NCBI GenBank assembly: GCA_963665325.3
Contig: CAXXWS020000002.1
Coordinates: forward strand, 896,001 to 960,000
Reading direction: 5' to 3'
Length of the DNA stretch: 64,000 nucleotides
Source: Alphaproteobacteria bacterium
Lineage (GTDB): Bacteria; Pseudomonadota; Alphaproteobacteria; Bin95
Shown here: in pieces, positions 46,288-57,169 of the stretch
How the letters are laid out: each line of letters starts with the position of its first letter
How positions within the stretch are numbered: the stretch's first letter is position 1
Made by a program: the position numbers and the translations under genes
The notes under the pieces: model-generated
What the model was told of the DNA's origin: nothing
The model's input: only the letters and a program-made list of their open reading frames with translations
The model's database searches: none

Positions 46288-47490
46288 TTATGCCGGCTGC
46301 GCCAGCGGGCGCACGAGGGGCTTGTCGGCAATGGGCAGGTGAATCAGTGCGGCAAACAGGCCGAGCGCGATATTGATGAGCCAGATGGTTTCGTAGCCGC
46401 CCGTCAGGTCGAACAGGTAGCCGCCGAGAGAGGCGCCCAGGAATGCGCCCGCCTGGTGGCCGAGGAAAACGACGCCGAACAGCGTGCCGAAATAGCGCGT
46501 GCCGAAGATCTGCCCGACAATCGCCGAGGTGAGCGGCACCGTGCTGAGCCAGGCCAGACCGAGGCCGGCGGCGAAGATAAGCGTCGTCGTCGTCGTGACG
46601 GGCGAAAAGGCATAGATGGCGAACATGAGCGCGCGCACCGCATAGATGCCGCTCAGCAGGTATTTCTTGCGGAAACGGCTGCCGAGGAACCCCACCGCTG
46701 TGGTGCCGATCAGGTTGCAAATGCCGATAGTCGCGATCGCCCAGCCGGCAGTCGTGGCGGGCAGGCCGCTTCCGGCAATGAAATTCGGCAGGTGCGTCAC
46801 GATGAATTGCACATGGAAGCCGCAGACGAAGAAGCCCGCGGTCAGCAGCAGATAGCCGGAATGGCTCCCCGCTTCCGTCAACGCCTCGCGCAGGCTCTGC
46901 TCGGCTTCGAGCGCGCGCGACCGGGCCACGGGGCGCGTCCGCAGCACCGCGGCCAGCAGCACGACGATGCCGATCATCCCCATGAGGCACAGCAGCCCGC
47001 CCCGCCATCCGAAGGCATCGATGACGACGGGCGCGGCCGGGGTAACGAAGAACTGCCCGAGCGAGACCCCGGTTGCTGTCAGCGCCATGACCAGCGGATG
47101 GCGCTCCCTGGGAAAGGCGCGCACCACCGCGGTCATCACGATGGGCATGCCGCAGCCGGCGGCTCCGAGGCCGACCAACAGGCCGAGTGAGAGATAGGCG
47201 CCTTCCGGCGTCTCCATGCGGCTGGCGCTGAAGAGTCCGGCGGCGTAGATCGCGCTTCCAAGGACCAGCGTCCGCCCGGTGCCGAACCGGTCGGCGATCC
47301 AGCCGAAGAAGGGCTGGCCCAGGCCCCAGAAGATGCTCTGGATCGCCAGTGCGAGCGACACTGTGGCCACCGACCAGCCCAGATCGGTGCTGATCGGGTT
47401 CAGATACATGCCGAAGGACTGGCGGGACCCGAAGGTGAGTGCCAGCACAAGGCCCCCGGCGATGATGACGAACACGCCGTAGCGATGCAT
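46288..47490 (-). CDS. MFS transporter
   Basis: GWIADRFG, GFFVCGFH, GYLFDLTGGY. Confidence 0.9.
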   Translation of the reverse strand: MHRYGVFVIIAGGLVLALTFGSRQSFGMYLNPISTDLGWSVATVSLALAIQSIFWGLGQPFFGWIADRFGTGRTLVLGSAIYAAGLFSASRMETPEGAYLSLGLLVGLGAAGCGMPIVMTAVVRAFPRERHPLVMALTATGVSLGQFFVTPAAPVVIDAFGWRGGLLCLMGMIGIVVLLAAVLRTRPVARSRALEAEQSLREALTEAGSHSGYLLLTAGFFVCGFHVQFIVTHLPNFIAGSGLPATTAGWAIATIGICNLIGTTAVGFLGSRFRKKYLLSGIYAVRALMFAIYAFSPVTTTTTLIFAAGLGLAWLSTVPLTSAIVGQIFGTRYFGTLFGVVFLGHQAGAFLGASLGGYLFDLTGGYETIWLINIALGLFAALIHLPIADKPLVRPLAQPA

Positions 47491-47557
47491 CGTTGATTTC
47501 CCGAAGCGTTCCGTGTCGCTTACAATCTGGCCCGCCGCGAAACAAGGAGAAGCCGGT

Positions 47558-48355
47558 ATGGGCGACACGGTGCTTTGCGAAATCGACAAAGGGATCGCCT
47601 GGGTCACACTCAACAACCCGAAGGCGCGCAACGCGCTGAGCGGGCAGATGCGCATCGACCTCCGCGATGTCATCGGGGACCTGGAACATGACGACGGCGT
47701 GCGCTGTGTGGTGCTGCGCGGCGCGGGCGACCATTTCATGGCCGGCGGCGATATCCGCGCCATGAAGGAACGCCTCGATATCGACAGGGAGACCCGCAAG
47801 CGCGTCGTGATCGAAGGCATCCATGCCATCCACCTGCCGGTGTTTGCGATCCGCCGGATGCGCAAGCCGGTCATCGCCAGCGTCCGGGGCGCGGCAGCCG
47901 GTTTCGGTCTCGGGCTGGTTGCGGCCTGCGACCTGGCGATTGCCGCCGACGACGCCTTCTTCACGCTTGCCTATTGCCATATCGGCGCGAGCCCGGACGG
48001 CGGCTCCTCCTATTTCCTCGCCCGCACGCTCGGCATGAAGCAGGCGATGGAGCTGGCGCTCCTGGGCGACCGGTTCGGCGCCGACCGCGCGCTCGAACTC
48101 GGCATCCTGAACCGCGTCGTGCCGGCCGCCGACCTGGAGGCCGAGACGCGGGCGCTTGCTGAACGGCTCGCCAACGGCCCGACGGTCGCCTATGCGCAGG
48201 CCAAATCGCTCTTCAACACCGCCTTTCACACGCCCATGGAGCAGCAGCTTCAGTGGGAAGGCGAGCATATGGCGGTGTCGATGACGACTGACGACCATGC
48301 CGAGGGTGTCACGGCCTTTCTCGAAAAGCGCAGCCCCGTCTTCAAGGGCGCCTGA
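47558..48355 (+). CDS. Enoyl-CoA hydratase/isomerase (PaaG-like)
   Basis: FMAGGDI, GAAAGFG, SPDGGSS, AFLEKR. Confidence 0.92.
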   Translation: MGDTVLCEIDKGIAWVTLNNPKARNALSGQMRIDLRDVIGDLEHDDGVRCVVLRGAGDHFMAGGDIRAMKERLDIDRETRKRVVIEGIHAIHLPVFAIRRMRKPVIASVRGAAAGFGLGLVAACDLAIAADDAFFTLAYCHIGASPDGGSSYFLARTLGMKQAMELALLGDRFGADRALELGILNRVVPAADLEAETRALAERLANGPTVAYAQAKSLFNTAFHTPMEQQLQWEGEHMAVSMTTDDHAEGVTAFLEKRSPVFKGA

Positions 48356-48394
48356 TCCTCGCTATTCCTTCCGAACTGCGGCTGCGGAGTGGAC

Positions 48395-49336
48395 ATGAAC
48401 GAACTGCGCACCGTCGCCGACGGGCTGATGTTTCCCGAGGGACCGATCGCGATGCCCGACGGCTCGGTGGTCCTTGTCGAAATCCGTCGCGGCACGTTGA
48501 CGCGCGTGCATCCGGGCGGACGCACCGAGGTCGTCGCAGAGACCGGCGGCGGGCCAAATGGCGCGGCCCTCGGCCCCGACGGCCGCGTCTATGTCTGCAA
48601 CAATGGCGGCTTCGAATGGCTCGACGAGCCGGGCGGGCTGACGCGCCCCATCGGGCAGGCGCTAGACTATAGCGGCGGCCGGATCGAGGCGGTGGACCTG
48701 AGAACCGGCGCGGTTGAAGTTCTCTATACCGAGTGCGAGGGCCGGCCGCTCAAGGGGCCGAACGACATCGTCTTCGACGGCGAGGGCGGGTTCTGGTTCA
48801 CCGATCTCGGCAAGGTCCGTGACGACGAGCGCAAGTGGGACCGAACCGGCATCCACTATGCCCGCGCCGACGGGTCCTTCATCACCGAGGCGGCGTTTCC
48901 GCTGATTACGCCGAACGGTATCGGCCTCTCCCCCGACGACAGCGCGGTCTATGTCGCCGAGACGCAGACCGGGCGCCTGTGGGCTTTCGACATCGAGGCG
49001 CCCGGCGTCCTGAAGAAGCAGCCCTGGCCGAGCCCGCATGGCGGACGGCTGGTGAACCAGACGCATGGCTACCGCACGCTGGACAGCCTGGCGGTGGATG
49101 CAGAGGGGAATATCTGCGTGGCGACGCTGATGGACCCCGGCATCTCGATCATCCGGGCCGACGGGTCGGGGTTGGAGCATGTTCCGATGCCGGACCCTTA
49201 CACGACCAATATCTGCTTCGGCGGCGCGGACCTTCGCACGGTTTTCATCACCCAGTCGCGCGACGGCAAGCTGCTTTCCTGCCCCTGGCCCGCGCCCGGC
49301 CTGCCGCTGCACTACTTGAACGAACGGCCCGGCTAG
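48395..49336 (+). CDS. SMP-30/gluconolactonase family protein
   Basis: FPEGP, GGPNG, PNDIVFD, PNGIGLS, TNICFGG. Confidence 0.92.
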   Translation: MNELRTVADGLMFPEGPIAMPDGSVVLVEIRRGTLTRVHPGGRTEVVAETGGGPNGAALGPDGRVYVCNNGGFEWLDEPGGLTRPIGQALDYSGGRIEAVDLRTGAVEVLYTECEGRPLKGPNDIVFDGEGGFWFTDLGKVRDDERKWDRTGIHYARADGSFITEAAFPLITPNGIGLSPDDSAVYVAETQTGRLWAFDIEAPGVLKKQPWPSPHGGRLVNQTHGYRTLDSLAVDAEGNICVATLMDPGISIIRADGSGLEHVPMPDPYTTNICFGGADLRTVFITQSRDGKLLSCPWPAPGLPLHYLNERPG

Positions 49337-49352
49337 AGCGCGGAGCGCGCCG

Positions 49353-50116
<764 letters not shown>

Positions 50117-50120
<4 letters not shown>

Positions 50121-51037
50121 CTTCCGGGGCGGCTGTCGAGGAAGCCGCCCGGTCGATCCGCGCCGGCAGGCTCGTCGCCTTCCCGACCGAGACCGTTTAC
50201 GGCCTGGGCGCCGACGCAACCGACGACCGCGCCGTCGCCGCGGTATTCGAGGCGAAAGGCCGGCCGCGCTTCAATCCGCTCATCGTGCATGTCGCGGACC
50301 GCGAGACGGCCGAGGCGCTGGCGGTCTTCGACGACCGCGCCCGCCGGCTCGCAGGCAGGTTCTGGCCGGGACCGCTGACGCTGGTGCTGCCGCGCGCGCC
50401 GGATTCTCCGGTCTCGTGGCTTGCGTCGGCCGGCCTCGACACGCTGGCCCTGCGCTGGCCGGCGCACCCGCTGGCGGAATTGCTGATTCGGGCCGCCGGA
50501 CGGCCGCTGGTCGGACCGAGCGCCAACCGCTCCAGGCGGCTGAGCCCCACGACGGCGGCCCACGCAACGGCCGAGCTCGGCGAGCGGGTTGCCACGGTTC
50601 TGGACGGCGGCCCCTGCCGGCTCGGCCTCGAATCGACCGTGGTCGCGCTCGGCGACGGCCCGCCTGCCCTGCTGCGGCCGGGCGCTCTTGATGCCGAGGC
50701 CATTGAGGCCGAGGTCGGGGAGCTAGCGGAGCCAGCCCCTTCGTCGGGCGATGAGCCGCGCGCTTCGCCCGGCATGCTGCTGCGCCACTATGCGCCCGAC
50801 AGCCCGCTCCGGATGGAAGCTGCCGCCGCGCGTCAGAGCGAGGCCATGCTGGGCTTCGGTGCCGTGGACGGCGACCTCAATCTCAGCCCTTCGGGCGACC
50901 TTGCTGAGGCCGCCGCGAACCTGTTCGCCATGCTGCGCCGGCTCGACGGCAGGGCCGGAATTGCAGTCGCCCCGATCCCCGAGCGCGGCCTCGGCCGGGC
51001 GATCAACGACCGCCTTCGCAGGGCTGCCCGAGGGTAG
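50117..51037 (+). CDS. tsaC: L-threonylcarbamoyladenylate synthase (Sua5 type)
   Basis: AFPTETVYGLGADA, KGRPRFNPLIVH, PSAN, SPGM..HYAP. Confidence 0.94.
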
Positions 51038-51043
51038 CGCCGC

Positions 51044-51532
51044 CTACGCCGCGACGTCCTCCGCGTGGAAGCGGATGGCGAGGCGGGGACCGACAGGCCA
51101 GGGCTGGCGGCGGTGCGCTTCGACGATTTGTCGGGCCCGCGCCGCCGCCGCCTCGGGAAACGGCAGGCCCCGGCGCAGGCCCAGGTCCACATGCATGCAC
51201 AGGCACTCATAAGCGGCCAGCGCTGGGCCGTCCGGCGTCCGGTGGAGCGTTTGCAGATAGTGGACGCGCTTGAAATCCGCATCGGCGAAATGGAACCGGC
51301 AGATCAGCCGTTCGCCGGCGCGCGCATCGTCCAGATAGACGACGTGGCTCTCCAGCGCGAAGGTGCTGCAATTGGTCTGCTCCAGATAGTCCGGCGGCAG
51401 GCCGAGCGCCCGGTCGAACGGCTCCAGCACGGCTTCGAACAGTTCCAAATAGCGCACCCGCGGGACGAAGCCGTCCGGCCCCGCCCAGGCGGCCGGAATC
51501 TCCGGCGCGAACCCTTCCGGCCAGACGCTCAA
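51044..51532 (-). CDS. Hot-dog-fold thioesterase family protein
   Basis: STFALESHVVYL, DFKRVHY, MHVDL..RR..PFP. Confidence 0.7.
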   Translation of the reverse strand: MSVWPEGFAPEIPAAWAGPDGFVPRVRYLELFEAVLEPFDRALGLPPDYLEQTNCSTFALESHVVYLDDARAGERLICRFHFADADFKRVHYLQTLHRTPDGPALAAYECLCMHVDLGLRRGLPFPEAAAARARQIVEAHRRQPWPVGPRLAIRFHAEDVAA

Positions 51533-52539
51533 AGCCAGGCGTCGACGAGTTCGTGGGCGATCTGGACGGCGTTGGTCGCCGCGCCCTTGCGCAGATTGTC
51601 CGAGACGACCCAGAGATTGAGGCCGTAATCCACCGTCGGGTCGTGGCGGATGCGCGAGACGAATACGGAATCGTCGCCGGCGGCTTCCTTCGGCGTGACA
51701 TAGCCGCCGTCCTGGCGCCGGTCCACGACCTCGACGCCGGGGGCCGCGCTCAGCAGTTCAAGGGCCTCATCCTCGTCCATCGGCCCGTCGAACTCGACAT
51801 TCACCGCCTCGGCATGGCCGACGAAGACCGGCACACGCACGCAGGTCGCGGTGATCGCGATGTCCGCGTCGAGGATTTTCCGGGTCTCATTGACCATCTT
51901 CCACTCTTCCTTCGTCGAGCCGTCGTCCATGAAGACGTCGATATGCGGCACGACGTTGAAGGCGATCTCCTTGGTGAACTCGGCCGGCTCGCTCTCCTCC
52001 AGCTGATAGACGCCGCGCGTCTGGCCCCAGAGCTCGTCCATGCCCTTCCGGCCCGCCCCGGAGACCGACTGGTAGGTCGAGACCACGATCCGCCGGATCG
52101 GCTGCGCGTCGTGCAGCGGCTTCAGCGCCATCACCATCTGGATGGTCGAGCAGTTGGGGTTGGAGACGATGTTGCGCGCGGAGAAGCCCGCCAGCGCTTC
52201 CCGGTTCACCTCCGGCACGACCAGCGGCACGTCGCTGTCCATGCGGAAGGTCGAGGTGTTGTCGATGACCACGCAGCCGGCGGCGGCGGCGCGCGGCGCA
52301 TGCACCTTCGAGACCGCGCCGCCCGGCGAGAACAGCGCGATGTCCCAGCCCGAGAAGTCGAAATCGTCGAGGACCTGGACGTCCAGATCGTCGTCGCCGA
52401 AGGACACCTTGCGGCCCTGGGATTTACGCGAGGCCAGCGCCGCAATATCGTCCACGGGGAAGGATGTCTCGTGCAACCCTTCCAGAAGCTGGTAGCCGAC
52501 GGCTCCGGTCGCGCCGGCAACGGCGACCCTGTAGCCCAT
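51529..52539 (-). CDS. asd: Aspartate-semialdehyde dehydrogenase
   Basis: GATGAVG, NPNCST, TYQSVSGAG, DNLRKGAATNAVQ. Confidence 0.97.
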   Translation of the reverse strand: MGYRVAVAGATGAVGYQLLEGLHETSFPVDDIAALASRKSQGRKVSFGDDDLDVQVLDDFDFSGWDIALFSPGGAVSKVHAPRAAAAGCVVIDNTSTFRMDSDVPLVVPEVNREALAGFSARNIVSNPNCSTIQMVMALKPLHDAQPIRRIVVSTYQSVSGAGRKGMDELWGQTRGVYQLEESEPAEFTKEIAFNVVPHIDVFMDDGSTKEEWKMVNETRKILDADIAITATCVRVPVFVGHAEAVNVEFDGPMDEDEALELLSAAPGVEVVDRRQDGGYVTPKEAAGDDSVFVSRIRHDPTVDYGLNLWVVSDNLRKGAATNAVQIAHELVDAWL

Positions 52540-52920
52540 GAGCTCGTGTCCTTCGCAAATGGAGGGCGAGACTTACGGCGCGCCCGTCCGCATTTCAATC
52601 CCCGTCCCCGTTCGGAAGCACGGGAGGGCGGCGGCCGGGTTCCTTCCGGACACCCTCCGGGAACGGCGCCCGTGTCACAACCCCGCAACCAGGGCAGCGG
52701 CACGCATGGCCGCGATCCTCTGTCCCGAACTCTCGGACACGGGAGACCGCAAGGGGATCAAACGGATCGAAACGACTCATCCAGAGGTGTCGCTAGCAAA
52801 TGGAAGAGACCGGAAGTCGATCGTCGCAGTCGTTCGACGTAGGGCCTTTCTTGCGGCGGCGGGTTCGGAAAGAATGCGCGGCCAGCCTTGTCGATCCGTC
52901 GCTTCGGGAGCCGAGACTCC

Positions 52921-54078
52921 ATGGGTATTCCCACCACGCATGCCGGCAGCCTGCCCCGGCCGCTGGAACTGACCGGCCTTTACGGGCGCCGCGCCCAGGG
53001 CGGGGCCGTGGACGCCGAAGCGCTGGCGGCGGCCGGCCGCGAGGCGACGGACGCGATCGTCGCCCGGCAGATCGAGGCTGGCATCTCCGTCGGCAACAAT
53101 GGGGAGCAGCAGCGCGAGGGCTTCTTCCTGTACGTCCAGCACCGCATGAGCGGCTTCGGCGGGCGCTGGAAACGGCCGGGGCGGCAGGACGTGTTCCGCT
53201 ATCCGGGCTTGGTGCGCGAATACGAGACCTTCCTGCGCGTGCGGGCCGAAGCGGTTTCCAACATGGAGCCGCCGATGAACCTGGGCGCTGTCCGGTATGT
53301 GGACCGGGGCCCTCTGGAAGACGAATGCGAGACCTTCCGCCGGGCGCTCGAAAAGGCCGGCGGCGGCTTTGCGCAGCCCTTCATGACGGCACCCTCGCCG
53401 GGCATCGTCGTTTCGGCGATGCAAAGCAGCCATTATGCCGACCGGGAAGCCTATCTCGCCGATGTCGCGGCCGCGCTCCGGGTGGAATATGAGGCAGCGG
53501 TCGCGAATGGCTGGCTGTTGCAAATCGATGCGCCCGATCTCGCGATGGAGCGCCATTTCCTGTTCGCCGACGAGCCGCTGGGCGTCTTCCAGGACTGGGT
53601 GGAACTCGTGGTCGAGACGTTGAACGGCGCGCTGGCCGATGTGCCGCGCGAGCGCGTGCGCCTGCATGTCTGCTGGGGAAACTATGAAGGCCCGCACGAC
53701 CTCGATGTCGAGCTTCGCGACGTGCTGCCGATCCTGCTCAAGGCGGATGTGGGCGGGCTAGTGCTGCCGTTCGCCAATCCCCGCCACCAGCACGAGGTCG
53801 AGGAATTGCGGCGCTCGCCGCTTGCTCCGGACCAGTATCTGGTCGCCGGCGTGATCGACACCACGACCAACTATGTCGAGCATCCGGAAACGGTCGCCGA
53901 ACGGCTGGAGCGCGCCGCCCGCACCGTGGGCGATCCCGCGCGCATCCAGGCCGGGACCGATTGCGGCTTCGACACCTCGGCCGGCATGGGCCGGGTACCG
54001 GAAGACGTGGTCTGGGCCAAGCTCCGCAGCATGGCCGAAGGCGCCCGCATCGCCAGCAAGCGGCTGGGTGTGGACTAG
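52921..54078 (+). CDS. Cobalamin-independent methionine synthase II family (MetE C-domain-like)
   Basis: TTHAGSLPRP, LQIDAPD, HVCWGNY, TDCGF Zn ligands. Confidence 0.88.
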   Translation: MGIPTTHAGSLPRPLELTGLYGRRAQGGAVDAEALAAAGREATDAIVARQIEAGISVGNNGEQQREGFFLYVQHRMSGFGGRWKRPGRQDVFRYPGLVREYETFLRVRAEAVSNMEPPMNLGAVRYVDRGPLEDECETFRRALEKAGGGFAQPFMTAPSPGIVVSAMQSSHYADREAYLADVAAALRVEYEAAVANGWLLQIDAPDLAMERHFLFADEPLGVFQDWVELVVETLNGALADVPRERVRLHVCWGNYEGPHDLDVELRDVLPILLKADVGGLVLPFANPRHQHEVEELRRSPLAPDQYLVAGVIDTTTNYVEHPETVAERLERAARTVGDPARIQAGTDCGFDTSAGMGRVPEDVVWAKLRSMAEGARIASKRLGVD

Positions 54079-54083
54079 GGGCG

Positions 54084-55265
54084 TCAGGCCCGGTCGGCGG
54101 CCACCTGTTCGATGGCCTTTCGTGCGCCGCCCGGAGTGTGGGGCACGCCGTCTATCGCCAGATTGGCCTCGATGGCGCCAAGCAGGCCGAGGACCATCGT
54201 TTCGTTCAGGTCTCCCAGATGGCCGATGCGGATGATCTTGCCGGCGAGGTTGAGCAGGCCGTGGCTGATGGCGACGTTGAAGCGGTCGCGCAGGCTGTCG
54301 CGGAAGGCGTTGGGATCGTGGCCCTCGGGCCAGCGGACGGCCGTTACGGTGTCGGACCGCTCCTCCGGATGGCGTGCGTTGAGTTCGAGGCCCCACTCGT
54401 CGATGGCGAGCCGCACCAGGTCGGCCATCCGGCGGTGGCGGGAGAACACATTGTCCAGCCCTTCCTCGAACAGCATGTCCAGAGAGACGCGCATGCCGGA
54501 GAAAATCTGCGTGGGGGCGGTGCCGGGGAATTTCGGCAACTCGCCGCCGAGGTCCAGCATGCGCTGCCAGCTCCAGTAGCGGCGCGGCGAGCCGCCGTCC
54601 CTGGCCATGGCGAGCGCCCGGTCGTTCAGGCCGACAATGCCGAGGCCGGTCGGCAGCATCAGTCCCTTCTGCGAGCCGCCGACGGTGACATCCACGCGCC
54701 ACTCGTCCATGCGGTAGTCCATGGAGGCGAGCGAGGAGATGGTATCGACCATCAGGAGCGCGTCGTGGCCGGCCGCATCCATTGCCCGGCGCACGGCAGC
54801 CACATCGCTCAGCACGCCGGTCGAGGTCTCGCTATGGACGACACCGACCGCCTTGATCCGCCGGCCTGTGTACTTCCGCAACACGTCCTCGATGGCGTTC
54901 GGATCGGCGGCGCTGCGCCAGTCGCCCGGCAGCGAAATCACCTCGGCCCCGAACAGTCGCGCCATCTCGGCCCACCAGGTGGAGAAGGCGCCGGTCTCCG
55001 GGATGACGATGGTGTCGCCGGCCTGAAACAGGTTGACGATAGTGCTTTCCCAGGCGCCGTGGCCGGAGGAGGCCCAGCAGAGGATGGTGCCCTCGGTCTT
55101 GAACACCCGCTTCAGGTCCCGGTAGCAGCCGGCCGCGAGCGTCTCGAAGGCCGGGCTGTTGAAGTCCTCGGTCGGGCGGTCCATCGCCCTGAGAATCGGC
55201 TCCGGGATATTGGTCGGTCCCGGTAAAGCCATGAAGGGGCGCCCGGCGGCGCGTGGCATGTTCAT
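54084..55265 (-). CDS. Class V aminotransferase (serine/alanine-glyoxylate type)
   Basis: PGPTNIP, VHSETSTG, GSQKGLMLP, RIGHLG. Confidence 0.92.
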   Translation of the reverse strand: MNMPRAAGRPFMALPGPTNIPEPILRAMDRPTEDFNSPAFETLAAGCYRDLKRVFKTEGTILCWASSGHGAWESTIVNLFQAGDTIVIPETGAFSTWWAEMARLFGAEVISLPGDWRSAADPNAIEDVLRKYTGRRIKAVGVVHSETSTGVLSDVAAVRRAMDAAGHDALLMVDTISSLASMDYRMDEWRVDVTVGGSQKGLMLPTGLGIVGLNDRALAMARDGGSPRRYWSWQRMLDLGGELPKFPGTAPTQIFSGMRVSLDMLFEEGLDNVFSRHRRMADLVRLAIDEWGLELNARHPEERSDTVTAVRWPEGHDPNAFRDSLRDRFNVAISHGLLNLAGKIIRIGHLGDLNETMVLGLLGAIEANLAIDGVPHTPGGARKAIEQVAADRA

Positions 55266-56206
55266 GAGTGCGTACGGGTCCAGATTTCGTCGATGGCAGC
55301 GAGTTCCTCCTCGCTCATCGCCCAGTCGCAGGCGACTGCATTGCCCCGGATCTGCTCGGGCGACATGGCGCCGGCGATGACGCTGGATACCTGCGGACGG
55401 GCCGCCAGCCAGGACATGGCGAGATCGAGCATGGAGTGGCCGCGTTCGCGCGCAAAGGCGGTGAGTTCGCGCACCATGGCGAGATTGCCGTCCGTCCAGT
55501 AGCGGTCGGTGAAGCGGTTGCTGTCGGCCATACGGGTGCCGGCGAGGGGCTTGTCGCCATGCTTGCCCGTCAGCAGTCCGCTCGCCAGGGGGAAGAAGGG
55601 CAGCAGGCCGAGGTCGTATTTCTCCATCATGTCCAGGCGGTCGTCTTCCAGGTCGCGCATGGCGAGGCTGTATTCGTCCTGTGCGGAGACGAAGGCGTTG
55701 AGGCCGTGCATCTCCGCGGTGAGTTCCGCCTCGACGGTCTGCCAGGCGGTGAAATTGGAATGGCCGATATAGCGCACCTTGCCCTGGCGGATGAGGTCGT
55801 CGAGCGCGCGCAGCGTCTCCTCGATGGGGGTGAGGGGATCGGGCTGATGGAGCTGGTAGAGGTCGATCCAGTCCGTGCCGAGACGTCGGAGGCTCGCCTC
55901 GACCGCATGCATGATGTACCAGCGCGCCGCGCCGATGCCGTAGGGCCCGTCGGCCATGCGCATCCCGAATTTGCTGGCGAGCACGATGTCCTTACGGCGG
56001 GAGCCGAGGGACTTGCCGAGGAACTCCTCGGACTTGCCGCGCCCGCCATAGATGTCGGCGGTGTCGAACAGCGTGATGCCCGCGTCGAGCGCGGCGTGGA
56101 CCACGGCGTCAGTGCCGGCCTGGTCGAGGCGCTGGCCGAAATTATTGCAGCCGACGCCGACGAGCGACACCTGAAGGCCGGAGCGGCCCAGATTGCGGAA
56201 TTGCAT
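55262..56206 (-). CDS. Aldo/keto reductase
   Basis: LGRSGLQVS, FDTADIYG, SLRRLGTDWIDLYQLH, GKVRYIG. Confidence 0.94.
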   Translation of the reverse strand: MQFRNLGRSGLQVSLVGVGCNNFGQRLDQAGTDAVVHAALDAGITLFDTADIYGGRGKSEEFLGKSLGSRRKDIVLASKFGMRMADGPYGIGAARWYIMHAVEASLRRLGTDWIDLYQLHQPDPLTPIEETLRALDDLIRQGKVRYIGHSNFTAWQTVEAELTAEMHGLNAFVSAQDEYSLAMRDLEDDRLDMMEKYDLGLLPFFPLASGLLTGKHGDKPLAGTRMADSNRFTDRYWTDGNLAMVRELTAFARERGHSMLDLAMSWLAARPQVSSVIAGAMSPEQIRGNAVACDWAMSEEELAAIDEIWTRTHS

Positions 56207-56365
56207 GATGTGGATATCCCGTGTGAAGGCAGCGGCAGTATAGGCCCCTGCCGTCCCCCTGTCGGCCGCCCCTGCCTCTGCCGCATCCACCCATCCCGTC
56301 CGGGTATGCGTCCGGTATGCCTGCGGCGCCCTCCGCCGGGGCGGCGGCCGAGAGACCGGCGGAAG

Positions 56366-56402
56366 TGTCATGGACTGTCATGAAATGTCATGTTTCGTCA
56401 TG
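56366..56402 (-). repeat. 10-bp-periodic CATGAC array (4 units), copy B
   Basis: Minus strand CATGACGAAA CATGACATTT CATGACAGTC CATGACA. Confidence 0.85.
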
Positions 56403-56846
56403 GAGGCCCGCCGCGACGCCTTGCTTCTCCCCGCCGCCGCCGGTCTGCGCGGCCAGAGCTTTTTTCTTCCTCTTTTTCCTCTTCCTCCTGCGTTCTTTCC
56501 GGCGGTCCTGCCGTTCGGCCCATGCGTAGAACTCGGGCGTGTCCTGGCTGCCGGTCCATATCTTGCCGAGATAGTGGAACTCGTCCCCGCTGCCGTCATG
56601 GTCGTCCTCGCCGGGGTCCGGGGCCGGTTCGGGCCGGTGCCGGGCGCTCCAGTCGAGCACGGCGAGGAGCTGGCGCAGATGGGCGAGTTGGGCGCGTCCG
56701 GCGCGGTGGTGTTCGGCGCGGTCGCGGTCGTCCAGGGGCGGCGGCTCCGGGTTCATGTCTTCTGCACAGGCAGCGGCGAGGGCTTCGGCGGCAGGGGCAA
56801 AGTGCTCCTGCAGCGCCGCCGCCAGTTGGGGGCGGGGGTCGGTCAC
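56388..56846 (-). CDS. Hypothetical protein with acidic linker and poly-basic C-terminal tract
   Basis: Host-like codons, AGGAGG 11 nt upstream of GTG, RRKERRRKRKKRKKK; stop falls inside the CATGAC array. Confidence 0.6.
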   Translation of the reverse strand: MTDPRPQLAAALQEHFAPAAEALAAACAEDMNPEPPPLDDRDRAEHHRAGRAQLAHLRQLLAVLDWSARHRPEPAPDPGEDDHDGSGDEFHYLGKIWTGSQDTPEFYAWAERQDRRKERRRKRKKRKKKALAAQTGGGGEKQGVAAGLHDET

Positions 56847-56884
56847 GGTCGTCCATGCCTCCTTCGGGGCCAGGGGCGGGACGG

Positions 56885-57135
56885 GGGGTCCCTGTTTCGC
56901 GCGTAATGTGTGCGCGGGGGGGCGGGCCTAACGCGGCGGCGCGGCTCGCGCGCCTGATTGCCCGCGCGCCCGCACGCGATGCGGCTGGCCGGGCGCGGGA
57001 CGCACCTTTCCCGTCCGCTCGCGCCGGGGGTTTGCGGCCCCCAGCCATTGCTTCCCTGCGCAGAAAAGCGGAAGGGCGGCCCCGGGAGCCGCCCTTCTCC
57101 ATGCCCATTCTACACCATTCTGCCCAAAGTCAAGC
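56885..57135 (-). repeat. Promoter-like motif plus structured leader, copy B (homologous to 39537-39750)
   Basis: GCTTGAC-N16-TAGAATGG, perfect 10-bp stem at 57071-57097, conserved core and TACGCGCGAAA.AGGG. Confidence 0.8.
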
Positions 57136-57143
57136 AGTTTTGG

Positions 57144-57169
57144 GAACAAAAACCGAAAATATCCGGAAC
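57144..57169. promoter_or_regulatory. Possible alphaproteobacterial LexA-type boxes (GAAC-N7-GAAA-N7-GAAC)
   Basis: Two overlapping one-mismatch matches to GAAC-N7-GAAC just upstream of the copy-B -35. Confidence 0.4.

Noticed and set aside
52540-52920. Riboswitch (SAM-I or cobalamin) upstream of the MetE-like gene; ACTCATCCAGAGG and CCCCGCAAC resemble fragments of those motifs
   Set aside because: The rest of the SAM-I core (GAGGGA..GGCCC..GCAACC) and an ordered B12 box are missing; an Rfam scan would be needed.
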